64,000 bases of DNA, taken from contig CAZINY010000001.1 of NCBI GenBank assembly GCA_964540735.1, forward strand, positions 41,305 to 105,304. The letters are read 5' to 3'. The notes under the pieces were generated by a model, which was not told where the DNA came from, searched no databases, and saw only the letters and a program-made list of their open reading frames with translations. Made by a program: the position numbers and the translations under genes. The stretch comes from an uncultured Oscillospiraceae bacterium (GTDB taxonomy: Bacteria; Bacillota; Clostridia; Christensenellales; Aristaeellaceae). Below are positions 43,952-52,812 of this stretch, piece by piece. The first letter of the stretch is position 1. Every line of letters starts with the position of its first letter.

Positions 43952-45156
43952 TCGTTGAAAACAGGCATTCCAGAGCTCACTTTGACAAAACGCTGACGGC
44001 GCTGGTGTTTTCATTGGCTATCTTTGGCGTTATCGCGGTGAGCGTAGCCACGTACAGCACGGCGTCCAGCTCTGACGCGCCGCTGCTGAACCATATTGTG
44101 GAATCCACGTACAGCATGCGGCAATTCGTGTTCCTGATGCTGGCGCCCTTTGTGGTGGCGTTTATCTACAACATTCCCTACGACTGGCTGCGGCGTCGTG
44201 CAACCCTCATTTACTACGCAGGTACGGCGCTGCTGGTGATTGTGCTTTTCGCTTCGCAGGCCAGCGGTGTGCGCGCGTGGATGGACGTTATTTGGGGCTT
44301 TACCATTCAGCCTTCGGAGTTTGCCAAGCTGTCCATGATTCTGATGCTGGCGCGGGTACTGTCCCGCTACGACAAACCCATGGGTACGCTGCGAGACTTC
44401 ATCTATATCATGGCGCTGGTGCTGGTTCCAGGCATGATTATTATGTTGCAGGGTGAAATGGGTTCCCTGCTGGTAATCATTTTCCTTTTTGCGGTGATGC
44501 TCTACTTCTCCAACGTGGACTGGAGGATTCTCCTGGCGTTAGCCTTGGCGGCGGTCATTTTTGTTCTGGCGATATATGGTCTGGCGGTGGCCAGCGGTTC
44601 CGACAGCTATCGTTTGCAACGCATTCTGGCGTTTTTTGATCCCGAAGCCTACTCCTCTTCGGACGCGTACCAGCAAACCCAGTCCAAGATCGCCATTGGC
44701 TCAGGCGGACTCTATGGTATTGGCGCTTTTGTGGATGGCTCCTACGCGCAGCTGGACTATGTGCCTGCGGACTGGACGGACTTTATCTTCTCCTCCATTG
44801 GCGAGGCTTTCGGTTTCCGGGGTTGCATGATTATCCTTATGATTTATCTGCTGATTGTGCTGCGGATGATCTATCTGGCGCGGTACACCCGGGATAAGTT
44901 CGGTTCCCTGGTAATTGCCGGGGTAATGGGCATGCTGCTGTTCCACGTGTTTGAGAATATCGGTATGACAACGGGACTCATGCCGATTACGGGCATTCCG
45001 TTGCCTTTCCTGAGCTATGGCGGCTCCAACATGGTAACCAATATGGGCGGCGTAGCCCTGGTTCTCAATGTAACCAAAAACCGTTCCCTGTCCCATACGA
45101 TCATTACCCCGCAAACGGAATCCAACCCGTACCGTTTCAGCGGAAGAGGCATGTAG
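43948..45156 (+). CDS. rodA: FtsW/RodA/SpoVE family peptidoglycan polymerase
   Basis: SEFAKL, SDFIFS-like TDFIFSSIGE and PLPFLSYGGS motifs. Confidence 0.9.
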   Translation: MIVENRHSRAHFDKTLTALVFSLAIFGVIAVSVATYSTASSSDAPLLNHIVESTYSMRQFVFLMLAPFVVAFIYNIPYDWLRRRATLIYYAGTALLVIVLFASQASGVRAWMDVIWGFTIQPSEFAKLSMILMLARVLSRYDKPMGTLRDFIYIMALVLVPGMIIMLQGEMGSLLVIIFLFAVMLYFSNVDWRILLALALAAVIFVLAIYGLAVASGSDSYRLQRILAFFDPEAYSSSDAYQQTQSKIAIGSGGLYGIGAFVDGSYAQLDYVPADWTDFIFSSIGEAFGFRGCMIILMIYLLIVLRMIYLARYTRDKFGSLVIAGVMGMLLFHVFENIGMTTGLMPITGIPLPFLSYGGSNMVTNMGGVALVLNVTKNRSLSHTIITPQTESNPYRFSGRGM

Positions 45157-45221
45157 CGCATGCATGATAGCGTGCAGACCGAAGTATGATGCCGCTTTAT
45201 TAGAATATGGTATGTTTTGCA

Positions 45222-45468
45222 GTTTGAGCCTCCCAAAAGGGAGGCTCAAACTGTCGAAAAACCCCAGGGAGGCGTCGGAGGGGCCGCAACCCCTTCGACT
45301 TTCGTTCGTGTAAGCCGGTTCCGCCGGCTTCGCGGGTCGTTGATTTTGCTTGCAAAATCAATTCCTTACAAATTTGGACAATCTTTGGTTGACAGAAGTT
45401 GCCTCCTCGAAAAAGTGGCTTCCGCCACTTTTTCGACAGGCTGAGCCTCCCAGAAGCAAGGCTCAGCC
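45222..45468. mobile_element. MITE-like element bounded by ~40-bp inverted repeats that each contain a hairpin
   Basis: Left end is GTTTGAGCCTCCCAAAAGGGAGGCTCAAACTGTCGAAAAA. The right end reverse-complements to GGCTGAGCCTTGCTTCTGGGAGGCTCAGCCTGTCGAAAAA. The interior holds at least four more perfect or near-perfect hairpins. Confidence 0.6.
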
Positions 45469-45528
45469 TGCTGAAAAAAGCGGCGTTTTTCATAGGAACG
45501 CTGAGAAAGTGAATTTTCGGTCCCCGAA

Positions 45529-45677
45529 CTTGCAGAAGTTTCACAAGCATGGGGACCGAAGGAGTCCAGAGGGCGATGGGAAAGCCCCCTGGTCGCGCCC
45601 GCAGGTGCGAAACCTTCTGTGTTTGCAAGGAAGTAAGGGACAACTTGCAAACATATGAAGCCAAAACCTTTGTCATG
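45529..45677 (+). repeat. Structured intergenic repeat core, copy E
   Basis: Aligns over about 148 nt with copies A-D and shares both internal hairpins. Confidence 0.8.
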
Positions 45678-45753
45678 GCTCTGCGCCTCCCGGAAGGAAG
45701 GCTATTTTCTATCTTCAAAGAGGAACAGCCAAAAAACCGCCCATGCGCTAAGG

Positions 45754-45793
45754 ATTTTCATGGGAAGCGTGAAATTTTCATGGAAAGCGTGAA
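45754..45793. repeat. Tandem 20-bp direct repeat (x2) immediately upstream of the SRP RNA promoter
   Basis: ATTTTCATGGGAAGCGTGAA followed by ATTTTCATGGAAAGCGTGAA, 19/20 identical. Confidence 0.9.
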
Positions 45794-45801
45794 ATTCTTG
45801 C

Positions 45802-45830
45802 TTGCATTTTTTCCGAAAGTAACGTATAAT
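45802..45830 (+). promoter_or_regulatory. Sigma-A promoter of the SRP RNA gene
   Basis: TTGCAT, 17-nt spacer, TATAAT. Confidence 0.7.
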
Positions 45831-45835
45831 AATTA

Positions 45836-45965
45836 GGCCGTGTTCATGATGACGATTGGGTCCTGTGCGATCCTTCGGTGTGAACCCTGTCAGGTCCTGA
45901 CGGAAGCAGCAGTAAGCGCTTTGATGGATGTGCTGCGGGTTAGCCCAGTCTGAGTGGACCGGTAT
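45836..45965 (+). ncRNA. ffs: Signal recognition particle RNA (small bacterial type)
   Basis: TTGGGTCCTGTGCG..GAACCCTGTCAGGTCCTGACGGAAGCAGCAGTAAG..GTGCTGCGGGTTAGCCCAG matches the conserved SRP domain IV region as recalled from B. subtilis scRNA and E. coli 4.5S. The 5' and 3' ends can pair. End coordinates are approximate. Confidence 0.85.
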
Positions 45966-45981
45966 TTCAATAAAGCCAAGT

Positions 45982-46014
45982 CCCGCGATGATTATGTATC
46001 AATGCGGGCTTTTT
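45982..46014 (+). terminator. Intrinsic terminator after the SRP RNA
   Basis: CCCGC ... GCGGG stem followed by CTTTTT. Confidence 0.6.
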
Positions 46015-46040
46015 ATGTATCCTGGTGTATGCGGGAGGGG

Positions 46041-46517
46041 ATGGGGACGCAACTAACGTTTCGGAGCATGGGAGAGGAAGATGCCAAGGTGATTTGTCAA
46101 TGGCGCTATGAGGGTACATATGCCGTGTACAATCTTCCGTTATGGGCGGACGCTATGCAGCGGCATTATGCCATTACAGATGCGCGCACGCGTGAGACGG
46201 AGTTCTTTGCTATCTATCGTCGGGAGGAATTGGCGGCGTGGTACCGCCTGCGCAAGCAAGGGAGGACAGGGATACTAAGCCTGGGCATGAGGCCCGATTT
46301 GTGTGGACAAGGCAAAGGGAGGGAGGTAGTCCGCAGCATATTGGAGCATATTTCCTCCTGCGCCGACATATGCGAAATCACGCTGGAAGTGCGCACGATG
46401 AATCAGCGCGCCGTACGGTGCTACCGGCAGTGCGGGTTTACCGTGAGCGGAGAACCGTACTGGCGGCAGGCGCCGCAGGGGCAGGATACTTTCGTTGCCA
46501 TGCATCGGAGGTTATAA
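46041..46517 (+). CDS. GNAT family N-acetyltransferase
   Basis: LTFRSMGEEDA N-terminus, CGQGKGREVV acetyl-CoA site and NQRAVRCYRQCGF. The start is uncertain (46029, 46041 or 46068). Confidence 0.75.
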   Translation: MGTQLTFRSMGEEDAKVICQWRYEGTYAVYNLPLWADAMQRHYAITDARTRETEFFAIYRREELAAWYRLRKQGRTGILSLGMRPDLCGQGKGREVVRSILEHISSCADICEITLEVRTMNQRAVRCYRQCGFTVSGEPYWRQAPQGQDTFVAMHRRL

Positions 46518-46520
46518 TGT

Positions 46521-46558
46521 AAAAGGGCGAGCCGCAGTTTTCTGCAGCTCGCCCTTTT
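46521..46558. terminator. Bidirectional intrinsic terminator
   Basis: AAAAGGGCGAGCCGCAG TTTT CTGCAGCTCGCCCTTTT. Confidence 0.85.
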
Positions 46559-46580
46559 GCCATGCAGATGCAATCGTTTC

Positions 46581-48518
46581 TTATTCCAACTCAAACGCGC
46601 CGGTATACAGGCGATAATAGGTGCCTTTCTTGGCGATCAACTCGTCGTGGTTGCCGCGCTCGATGATGCGGCCATGATCCAGCACCATAATGACGTCGGA
46701 ATTCTGCACCGTGGACAAGCGGTGGGCGATGACGAAGACCGTACGGCCTTTCATCAGGTTGTCCATGCCTTTCTGTACCAAGGATTCTGTCCGGGTGTCG
46801 ATGGAAGAGGTGGCTTCGTCCAGAATCATTACAGGCGGGTCAGCCACGGCGGCCCGGGCAATGGAAATCAGCTGGCGCTGGCCCTGGCTCAGCCCGCTGC
46901 CATCCCCAGACAGTACCGTATTGTACCCCTCCGGCAGCATCTCGATGAAGCCGTCGGCATGTACCAGGCGCGCGGCGGCCTTGCATTCCTCATCCGTGGC
47001 ATCCAGGCGGCCGTAGCGTATATTTTCCATCACCGTGCCGGTGAACAGGTTTACGTCCTGAAGCACCACGCCCAGGCTGCGGCGCAGGGAAGGCTTCTGA
47101 ATTTTGGTGATATTGATGCCATCGTAGCGGATCTTGCCGTCGGCTATGTCATAGAAACGGTTGATGAGGTTGGTAATGGTGGTCTTGCCGGCGCCCGTAG
47201 CGCCCACGAATGCGACCTTCTGTCCAGGTTCGGCCCAGACGGTTACGTCATGCAGCACTTCCTTGCCTTCTTCATAGGCGAAGTCCACATTGGCCAGGCG
47301 TACATCACCCCTGAGTTCGGTCAAGGTAACGGTACCGTCCTGATGGGGATGCCGCCAGGCCCACAGACCGGTTTTCTCCTTTGTTTCGGTTAGAGAGCCA
47401 TCTTTTTCCCGGCGAACATTGACCAGGGTTACGTAACCATGATCTTCCTCGCTCTTTTCATCCATCAGGGCAAAAATACGCTCCGCGCCAGCCATGGCCA
47501 TGACCACGCTGTTCAGCTGCTGACTTACCTGAGAGATGGGCTGGATAAAGTTCCGGCTCAGTTGCAGGAACGCGGCGATACCGCCCAGGGTAAGCGCGCC
47601 TACGCCTGCCAGAGACAGGTTCGGCACGCCGATGATGGCCATGGCGCCGCCGATAATCGCCAGTATGGCGTACATCAGATGGCCCAGGTTATTGTTTACG
47701 GGGCCGAGAATGTTGGCGAAGGCGTTGGCGCGGGTGGCGTTGTTGCATAGTTCATCGTTGCGCCGGTTGAACTCCTCCAGCGCCTTTTCTTCATGGCAGA
47801 AGACCTTTACGACCTTCTGGCCGTTCATCATTTCCTCGATGTAGCCGTTTACGCTGGCCAGGGAGGTCTGCTGGGCAATAAAGAATTTACCGGAATTTCC
47901 AGCGATCTTTGCTGTTACCTTTAGAATCAGCACGGTGGCGATCAGCACCACCAGCGTCAGCCACACGCTGATGGAGAGCATGGTACAGAATACGGCGATG
48001 ACGGAGATGGCGGAGGCAAAGATCTGCGGGATGCTTTGGGAAATCATCTGCCGCAGAGTGTCTGTATCGTTGGTGAAATGGCTCATGGTATCGCCGAAGG
48101 TGTGGGTATCAAAGTACTTGATGGGCAGGGTCTGCATATGGGCGAACATGTCGTCCCGGATTTCCTTCAGCGTTCCCTGGGCGATGACCGCCATGATGCG
48201 GTTATACAACAGCGTGGCCAGCACGCCGGCCAGATAGACGGCGGCCATGAGACATAGGATGCGGGATAAACCGGAAAAGTCCGGAGAATCCTGAAGCAGG
48301 AGCGGCGCAATGTAGTCGTCGATCAGCGTCTGCAAAAAGCGGGAGGCAACCACGGAAGCTACGGAGCTGATAATAATGCAGACCGCGACGACGACAAAAG
48401 GAAGCTTGTATTTGCTGATATATTGCATCAGCCGCTGAATGGTGTTCCGGTTGAGCTTTTTCAGGGCGTTGCCAGATAGCGGCTGTCCACGCATGGGTCC
48501 GCGTCCCTTATTCATCAT
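46581..48518 (-). CDS. ABC exporter, fused permease/ATPase (heterodimer partner 2)
   Basis: Six-TM exporter domain, Walker A GATGAGKTT, LSQGQRQ signature. Its start overlaps the upstream stop. Confidence 0.9.
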   Translation of the reverse strand: MMNKGRGPMRGQPLSGNALKKLNRNTIQRLMQYISKYKLPFVVVAVCIIISSVASVVASRFLQTLIDDYIAPLLLQDSPDFSGLSRILCLMAAVYLAGVLATLLYNRIMAVIAQGTLKEIRDDMFAHMQTLPIKYFDTHTFGDTMSHFTNDTDTLRQMISQSIPQIFASAISVIAVFCTMLSISVWLTLVVLIATVLILKVTAKIAGNSGKFFIAQQTSLASVNGYIEEMMNGQKVVKVFCHEEKALEEFNRRNDELCNNATRANAFANILGPVNNNLGHLMYAILAIIGGAMAIIGVPNLSLAGVGALTLGGIAAFLQLSRNFIQPISQVSQQLNSVVMAMAGAERIFALMDEKSEEDHGYVTLVNVRREKDGSLTETKEKTGLWAWRHPHQDGTVTLTELRGDVRLANVDFAYEEGKEVLHDVTVWAEPGQKVAFVGATGAGKTTITNLINRFYDIADGKIRYDGINITKIQKPSLRRSLGVVLQDVNLFTGTVMENIRYGRLDATDEECKAAARLVHADGFIEMLPEGYNTVLSGDGSGLSQGQRQLISIARAAVADPPVMILDEATSSIDTRTESLVQKGMDNLMKGRTVFVIAHRLSTVQNSDVIMVLDHGRIIERGNHDELIAKKGTYYRLYTGAFELE

Positions 48519-50262
48519 CGTCAGCGCCTCCTTTCTGCTGGGTATAGTATACTTCCTGATAAATGGGGGAGGTACGGAGCAGCTCTTCATGGGTGCCGAC
48601 GGCGGAAATCGCGCCGTTGTCCAGCATAATGATCATATCTGCCTCCTGCACGGAGGAAATGCGCTGGGCAATAATCAGCTTGGTGGTATTGGGAAGCTCT
48701 TCCCGCATGGCCTTGCGGATCATGGCGTCGGTCCGCGTATCCACGGCGCTGGTGGAGTCGTCCATAATCAGGATTTTGGGCTTCTTCAGCAGCGCACGGG
48801 CGATGCAAAGACGCTGTTTCTGGCCGCCGGATACGTTGGTGCCGCCCTGCTCGATGAAGGTATCGTATTTGTTGGGGAAGGACTGAATGAATTCATCCGC
48901 CTGCGCCTGACGGCAGACATGGATCATTTCCTCGTCGGTGGCGTTTTCGTTGCCCCAGCGCAGGTTATCCTTGATGGTGCCGGAGAACAGCACGTTCTTT
49001 TGCAGCACCATGGATACCTGGTTGCGCAGGGCTTCCAGGTTGTAGTCCCGCACGTCGTGCCCGCCTACGCGCACGCAGCCTTCCGTTACGTCGTACAGCC
49101 GGGGAATCAGATTCACCAGGGTGGATTTGGCGCTGCCCGTGCCGCCCAGGATGCCTACCGTCGCGCCGGAAGGAATGTGCAGGGAAATATCCTTCAGGCT
49201 CAGATGGTCCATGGCGCCGGAGTAGCTGAAGTTGACATGCTCAAAGTCGATGCTGCCGTCGGGAACATCCTTCAGATTCTTTTCACCGTCGTGCAGGTCG
49301 CTGCGTTCCTCCAGCACTTCGGCAATACGCCGGGCGCTGGCCCGGGACATGGTCAGCATGACAAAGATCATGGACAGCATCATCAGGCTCATAAGGATCT
49401 GCATGACGTAGGTGAGCATACTCATAAGTTCGCCTGTGGAGAAGCCCGTTACAGGATCGCCGCCGGTGGTGACGATCAGCCGCGCGCCCACCCAGGAAAT
49501 CAGAATCATGCAGGCGTACATGCAGAACTGCATTAGCGGCATGTTCAAGGACAGGAGCTTTTCCGCCTTGGAGAAGTCCTTGAAGATGCGCTCGGAAATC
49601 CCGTTGAATTTGCTGATTTCAAACTTCTCCCGCACGAAACTCTTGACTACGCGGATGCCGTGCAGATTCTCCTGCACAACGGCGTTGAGTTTATCATACG
49701 TACGGAAAATGGTGGTGAACAGAGGATGCACCTTGGTGGTAATCAGGAACAGGCCCACGCCCAGCACAGGCGTGACCAGCAGGAATACCCAAGCTACCCG
49801 CGCCTCGATGGAGAAGGTCATTACAAAGGCGAAGATGAGCATGACCGGCGAACGGAACGCCATGCGGGTCATGACCAGAAAGGCGTTTTGTACGTTGGTA
49901 ACGTCGGTCGTCAATCGGGTGACCAGGCTTGCGGTGGAGAACTTATCAATGCTGCGGAAGTTGAAGGTTTGGATGTTTTCGTACATGTCCCGGCGCAGGT
50001 TGCGCGCAAAACCACAGGACGCCACGGCGGCGGTTCGGCCGGCCATTGCGCCAAAGAACAGACTCAGCGCGGCGGCGCATACCAGCAGGAATCCCCAGAA
50101 GAGAATCTGCTGCATGTTCTGCTGGTTCACGCCATAGTCCACCAGTTTGGACATGATCATGGGAATGAGGCATTCCATCGCTACTTCCATAACCATCAAC
50201 AGGGGCGTAAGCAGCGTTGGCTTTTTGAATTCGCGGATGCTTCCCGCGAGCCGTTTGATCAT
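48508..50262 (-). CDS. ABC exporter, fused permease/ATPase (heterodimer partner 1)
   Basis: Walker A GGTGSAKST, VSGGQKQR signature, and a GAAGGAGGA RBS. Confidence 0.9.
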   Translation of the reverse strand: MIKRLAGSIREFKKPTLLTPLLMVMEVAMECLIPMIMSKLVDYGVNQQNMQQILFWGFLLVCAAALSLFFGAMAGRTAAVASCGFARNLRRDMYENIQTFNFRSIDKFSTASLVTRLTTDVTNVQNAFLVMTRMAFRSPVMLIFAFVMTFSIEARVAWVFLLVTPVLGVGLFLITTKVHPLFTTIFRTYDKLNAVVQENLHGIRVVKSFVREKFEISKFNGISERIFKDFSKAEKLLSLNMPLMQFCMYACMILISWVGARLIVTTGGDPVTGFSTGELMSMLTYVMQILMSLMMLSMIFVMLTMSRASARRIAEVLEERSDLHDGEKNLKDVPDGSIDFEHVNFSYSGAMDHLSLKDISLHIPSGATVGILGGTGSAKSTLVNLIPRLYDVTEGCVRVGGHDVRDYNLEALRNQVSMVLQKNVLFSGTIKDNLRWGNENATDEEMIHVCRQAQADEFIQSFPNKYDTFIEQGGTNVSGGQKQRLCIARALLKKPKILIMDDSTSAVDTRTDAMIRKAMREELPNTTKLIIAQRISSVQEADMIIMLDNGAISAVGTHEELLRTSPIYQEVYYTQQKGGADDDE

Positions 50263-50345
50263 AGACCGTTTTTCCTCCTTCTCTTATCCATAAAATACGC
50301 CTTCAAAGGCTGCCCGGAAGGACAGCCTTTGGAAGGGGATAGCGT

Positions 50346-52244
50346 TTAATAGGCAGCCTGAGCCGCCGCTTCTGAGGGCTGAGGGAGCGCCTGCTGCATG
50401 AGCCGGTTGAACTCCTCGCCGGTAAGCACTTCCTTTTCATAAAGCTCTTTCGCCAGGTAGTCCAGCTGTGCACGATGCGCGGTAAGCAAGGATACCGCGC
50501 GCTCGTACTGCGCCTTGACCAGCGCGATTACCTTACGGTCAACCTCCTCCGCCAGCGCGTCGGAGCAGCTCAGGGAAGTGTCCCCGCCCAGGTAGGCGTT
50601 CTGAACGGATTCCAGCGCTACCATGCCGATATCCTCGTTCATGCCGAAGCGGGAAACCATGGCGCGGGCCAGCTTGGTGGCCTGCTCGATATCATTGGAT
50701 GCGCCGGAGGTGGCGGAACGGAAAGCAATCATCTCCGCCGCACGGCCTGCGGTGAGGGTACAGAGCTTATTTTCCAGCTCTTCCTGGGAGAGCAGGGTAT
50801 GCTCGTCTTCATCCACTTGCATGGTGTAGCCCAGCGCGCCGGAGGTACGGGGAACGATGGTGATTTTCGTGACCGGCGCGGAAGCCTTTTGCAACGTCGC
50901 AACCATGGCGTGACCGATTTCATGGTAGCTGACAATAGCCTTTTCCTTTTCGCTGAGCACCTGGTTCTTGCGCTTGAAACCTGCCATGACGGTTTCGATG
51001 CTTTCTTCCAGATCCTCCTGGATGACCTTGTCCCGACCCATGCGCACGGCGCGCAGCGCCGCCTCGTTAATCAGGTTGGCCAGGTCGGCGCCGGATGCGC
51101 CCGCGGCGGCGCGGGCGATGGCCCGGAAATCAACCTGCTCGGAGAGCTTGACCTTTTTGGCGTGTACTTTGAGGATTTCCTCCCGGCCCGTCAGGTCGGG
51201 AAGTTCCACAGGAATGCGCCGGTCAAAGCGGCCAGGACGGAGCAGCGCGGGGTCCAGGATCTCCGGACGGTTGCACGCGCCCAGAATGACCACGCCCTTG
51301 GAGGCGTCGAAGCCGTCCATTTCCGTTAGCAGCTGGTTTAAGGTCTGTTCGCGTTCATCGTTGCCGGTGAGGCCCTTGGCATCGCGCTTTTTGCCTATCG
51401 TGTCGATTTCGTCAATGAACACGATGCAAGGGGCCTTTTCCGCCGCCTGCTTGAACAGGTCGCGCACCTTCGCCGCGCCCATGCCCACGAACATTTCCAC
51501 AAACTCGGAACCGGAGATGGAGAAGAAGGGTACGTTGGCTTCCCCGGCCACCGCCCTGGCCAGCAGGGTTTTGCCTGTGCCGGGAGGCCCTACCAGCAAA
51601 GCGCCCTTGGGCATGCTTGCGCCGATTTGCTGGTATTTCCCGGGATTATGCAGGAAGTCTACAATCTCCTGCAAGGCTTCCTTGGCTTCGTCCTCCCCGG
51701 CCACGTCCGAAAACTTTACGCCGCCGTCGGCCTTGACGTATACTTTGGCGTTGCTTTTGCCAAAGGACATGAAGTTGCCGCCCATGCCGGCCTTCTGCAT
51801 CCGGCGCATAAGCAGCGTGCCTAGTCCCCAGAACAGCAGCAACGGCAGCACCAGATTGACCAGCAGAACCGCCCAAATGGAGGTCTCCTGAGGCTGCACC
51901 TGGGAGAATGTGGCGCCTGCCGCATACAGGCGGTCCACCAATTCCGGGTCGTTCATGGCGACGGTGTAATAATAGTGCTGCGGGCCGGTAGAGATGAGCC
52001 ATTCCGGGAGCCGGGAGTCGCTGGGGCCCTCGGAACGGCGGGTATAGTAGATCACATCTTGCTCTACCTGCACCTTATCCACATTTTTGTCGTTCAAGTC
52101 GTCCAGAAACTGATTGTACGTTACCTCGGTCTGTTGGTTCTGGACGCTGAACAGCTGGCTGTATACAACGCTATTGAGGATCATGACCGCGATCATCGCA
52201 ATGATGCAGCCAATGATGATTTTTTTTCTTTTTTTATCGTCCAT
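50346..52244 (-). CDS. ftsH: ATP-dependent zinc metalloprotease FtsH (copy 2)
   Basis: GPPGTGKT and HEIGHAM motifs. The ATG at 52244 has a GAAGGTG RBS. An alternative GTG is at 52256. Confidence 0.9.
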   Translation of the reverse strand: MDDKKRKKIIIGCIIAMIAVMILNSVVYSQLFSVQNQQTEVTYNQFLDDLNDKNVDKVQVEQDVIYYTRRSEGPSDSRLPEWLISTGPQHYYYTVAMNDPELVDRLYAAGATFSQVQPQETSIWAVLLVNLVLPLLLFWGLGTLLMRRMQKAGMGGNFMSFGKSNAKVYVKADGGVKFSDVAGEDEAKEALQEIVDFLHNPGKYQQIGASMPKGALLVGPPGTGKTLLARAVAGEANVPFFSISGSEFVEMFVGMGAAKVRDLFKQAAEKAPCIVFIDEIDTIGKKRDAKGLTGNDEREQTLNQLLTEMDGFDASKGVVILGACNRPEILDPALLRPGRFDRRIPVELPDLTGREEILKVHAKKVKLSEQVDFRAIARAAAGASGADLANLINEAALRAVRMGRDKVIQEDLEESIETVMAGFKRKNQVLSEKEKAIVSYHEIGHAMVATLQKASAPVTKITIVPRTSGALGYTMQVDEDEHTLLSQEELENKLCTLTAGRAAEMIAFRSATSGASNDIEQATKLARAMVSRFGMNEDIGMVALESVQNAYLGGDTSLSCSDALAEEVDRKVIALVKAQYERAVSLLTAHRAQLDYLAKELYEKEVLTGEEFNRLMQQALPQPSEAAAQAAY

Positions 52245-52746
52245 GTGGATGTTCACCTTCTTCCTTTGCTGTTATCGACAACGGCGTAGGGCAGCAGAGA
52301 TCGCCGCATTCGCCGCGCGTGGCTTCCAGTGTATTCTGATAAATTTGCGTGAGCAGGCGTCGCAACTGACGCAGATCTTCTTCTGTGAGCCCTTTGCGAA
52401 GCTGCTTTTCCATGCTGACGCGATGCTTCATGGCCTCGTCCAGCAGCGCGTTGCCTGCGGCGGTGAGAAAGACTTCCTTGCGCCGCTTGTCTGTGGCGCT
52501 CATGTTGGTAGCCACCAGTCCTTTTGCCTCCAGACGCTTGAGCAACCCAACGACCGTGGGGTGGGAAACGCCGAAGCGCGCCTCGATGTCCTTCTGGCAG
52601 CAGCGCTGTCCCGGAGAACGGGCAATATACATGATTACGCGCATCTGGCTGAGCGTTACCGGCTTGAAGCCCTGATCCGCGTTGCGTCCGATGGCTGTGG
52701 TAATCCGCTTGAGGAGGAAGCCTACATCCAAGTCTTCCTCGCCCAT
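52234..52746 (-). CDS. MarR family transcriptional regulator with Cys-rich C-terminal tail
   Basis: Winged-helix core (QMRVIMYIAR..DIEARFGVSHPTVVGLLKRLEAKGLV). The tail GECGDLCCP overlaps the ftsH2 start. Confidence 0.85.
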   Translation of the reverse strand: MGEEDLDVGFLLKRITTAIGRNADQGFKPVTLSQMRVIMYIARSPGQRCCQKDIEARFGVSHPTVVGLLKRLEAKGLVATNMSATDKRRKEVFLTAAGNALLDEAMKHRVSMEKQLRKGLTEEDLRQLRRLLTQIYQNTLEATRGECGDLCCPTPLSITAKEEGEHPHGR

Positions 52747-52783
52747 GACATCATCTCCTTCGCCTATTGTGTAGCACGCTACG

Positions 52784-52812
52784 ATTATACGGAGAAATCC
52801 GCGGATTGTCAA
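52784..52812 (-). promoter_or_regulatory. Consensus sigma-A promoter with a palindromic operator in the spacer (marR-ftsH2-ABC operon)
   Basis: On the minus strand: TTGACA, 17-nt spacer, TATAAT. The palindrome AATCCGCGGATT (52796-52807) overlaps the last base of the -35 hexamer and extends through the first 11 nt of the spacer. Confidence 0.75.

Noticed and set aside
45954-46040. GTG-initiated 5' extension of the GNAT ORF (45954..46517)
   Set aside because: The first ~29 codons overlap the 3' helix of the SRP RNA and its CCCGC..GCGGG-TTTTT terminator. The GNAT fold begins at LTFRSMGEED, so a start at 46029-46068 is far more likely.
46581-52812. marR-ftsH-ABC region as a genomic island or mobile element
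   Set aside because: There is no integrase, transposase, tRNA target or flanking direct repeats. Composition by eye is the same as the surrounding genes.
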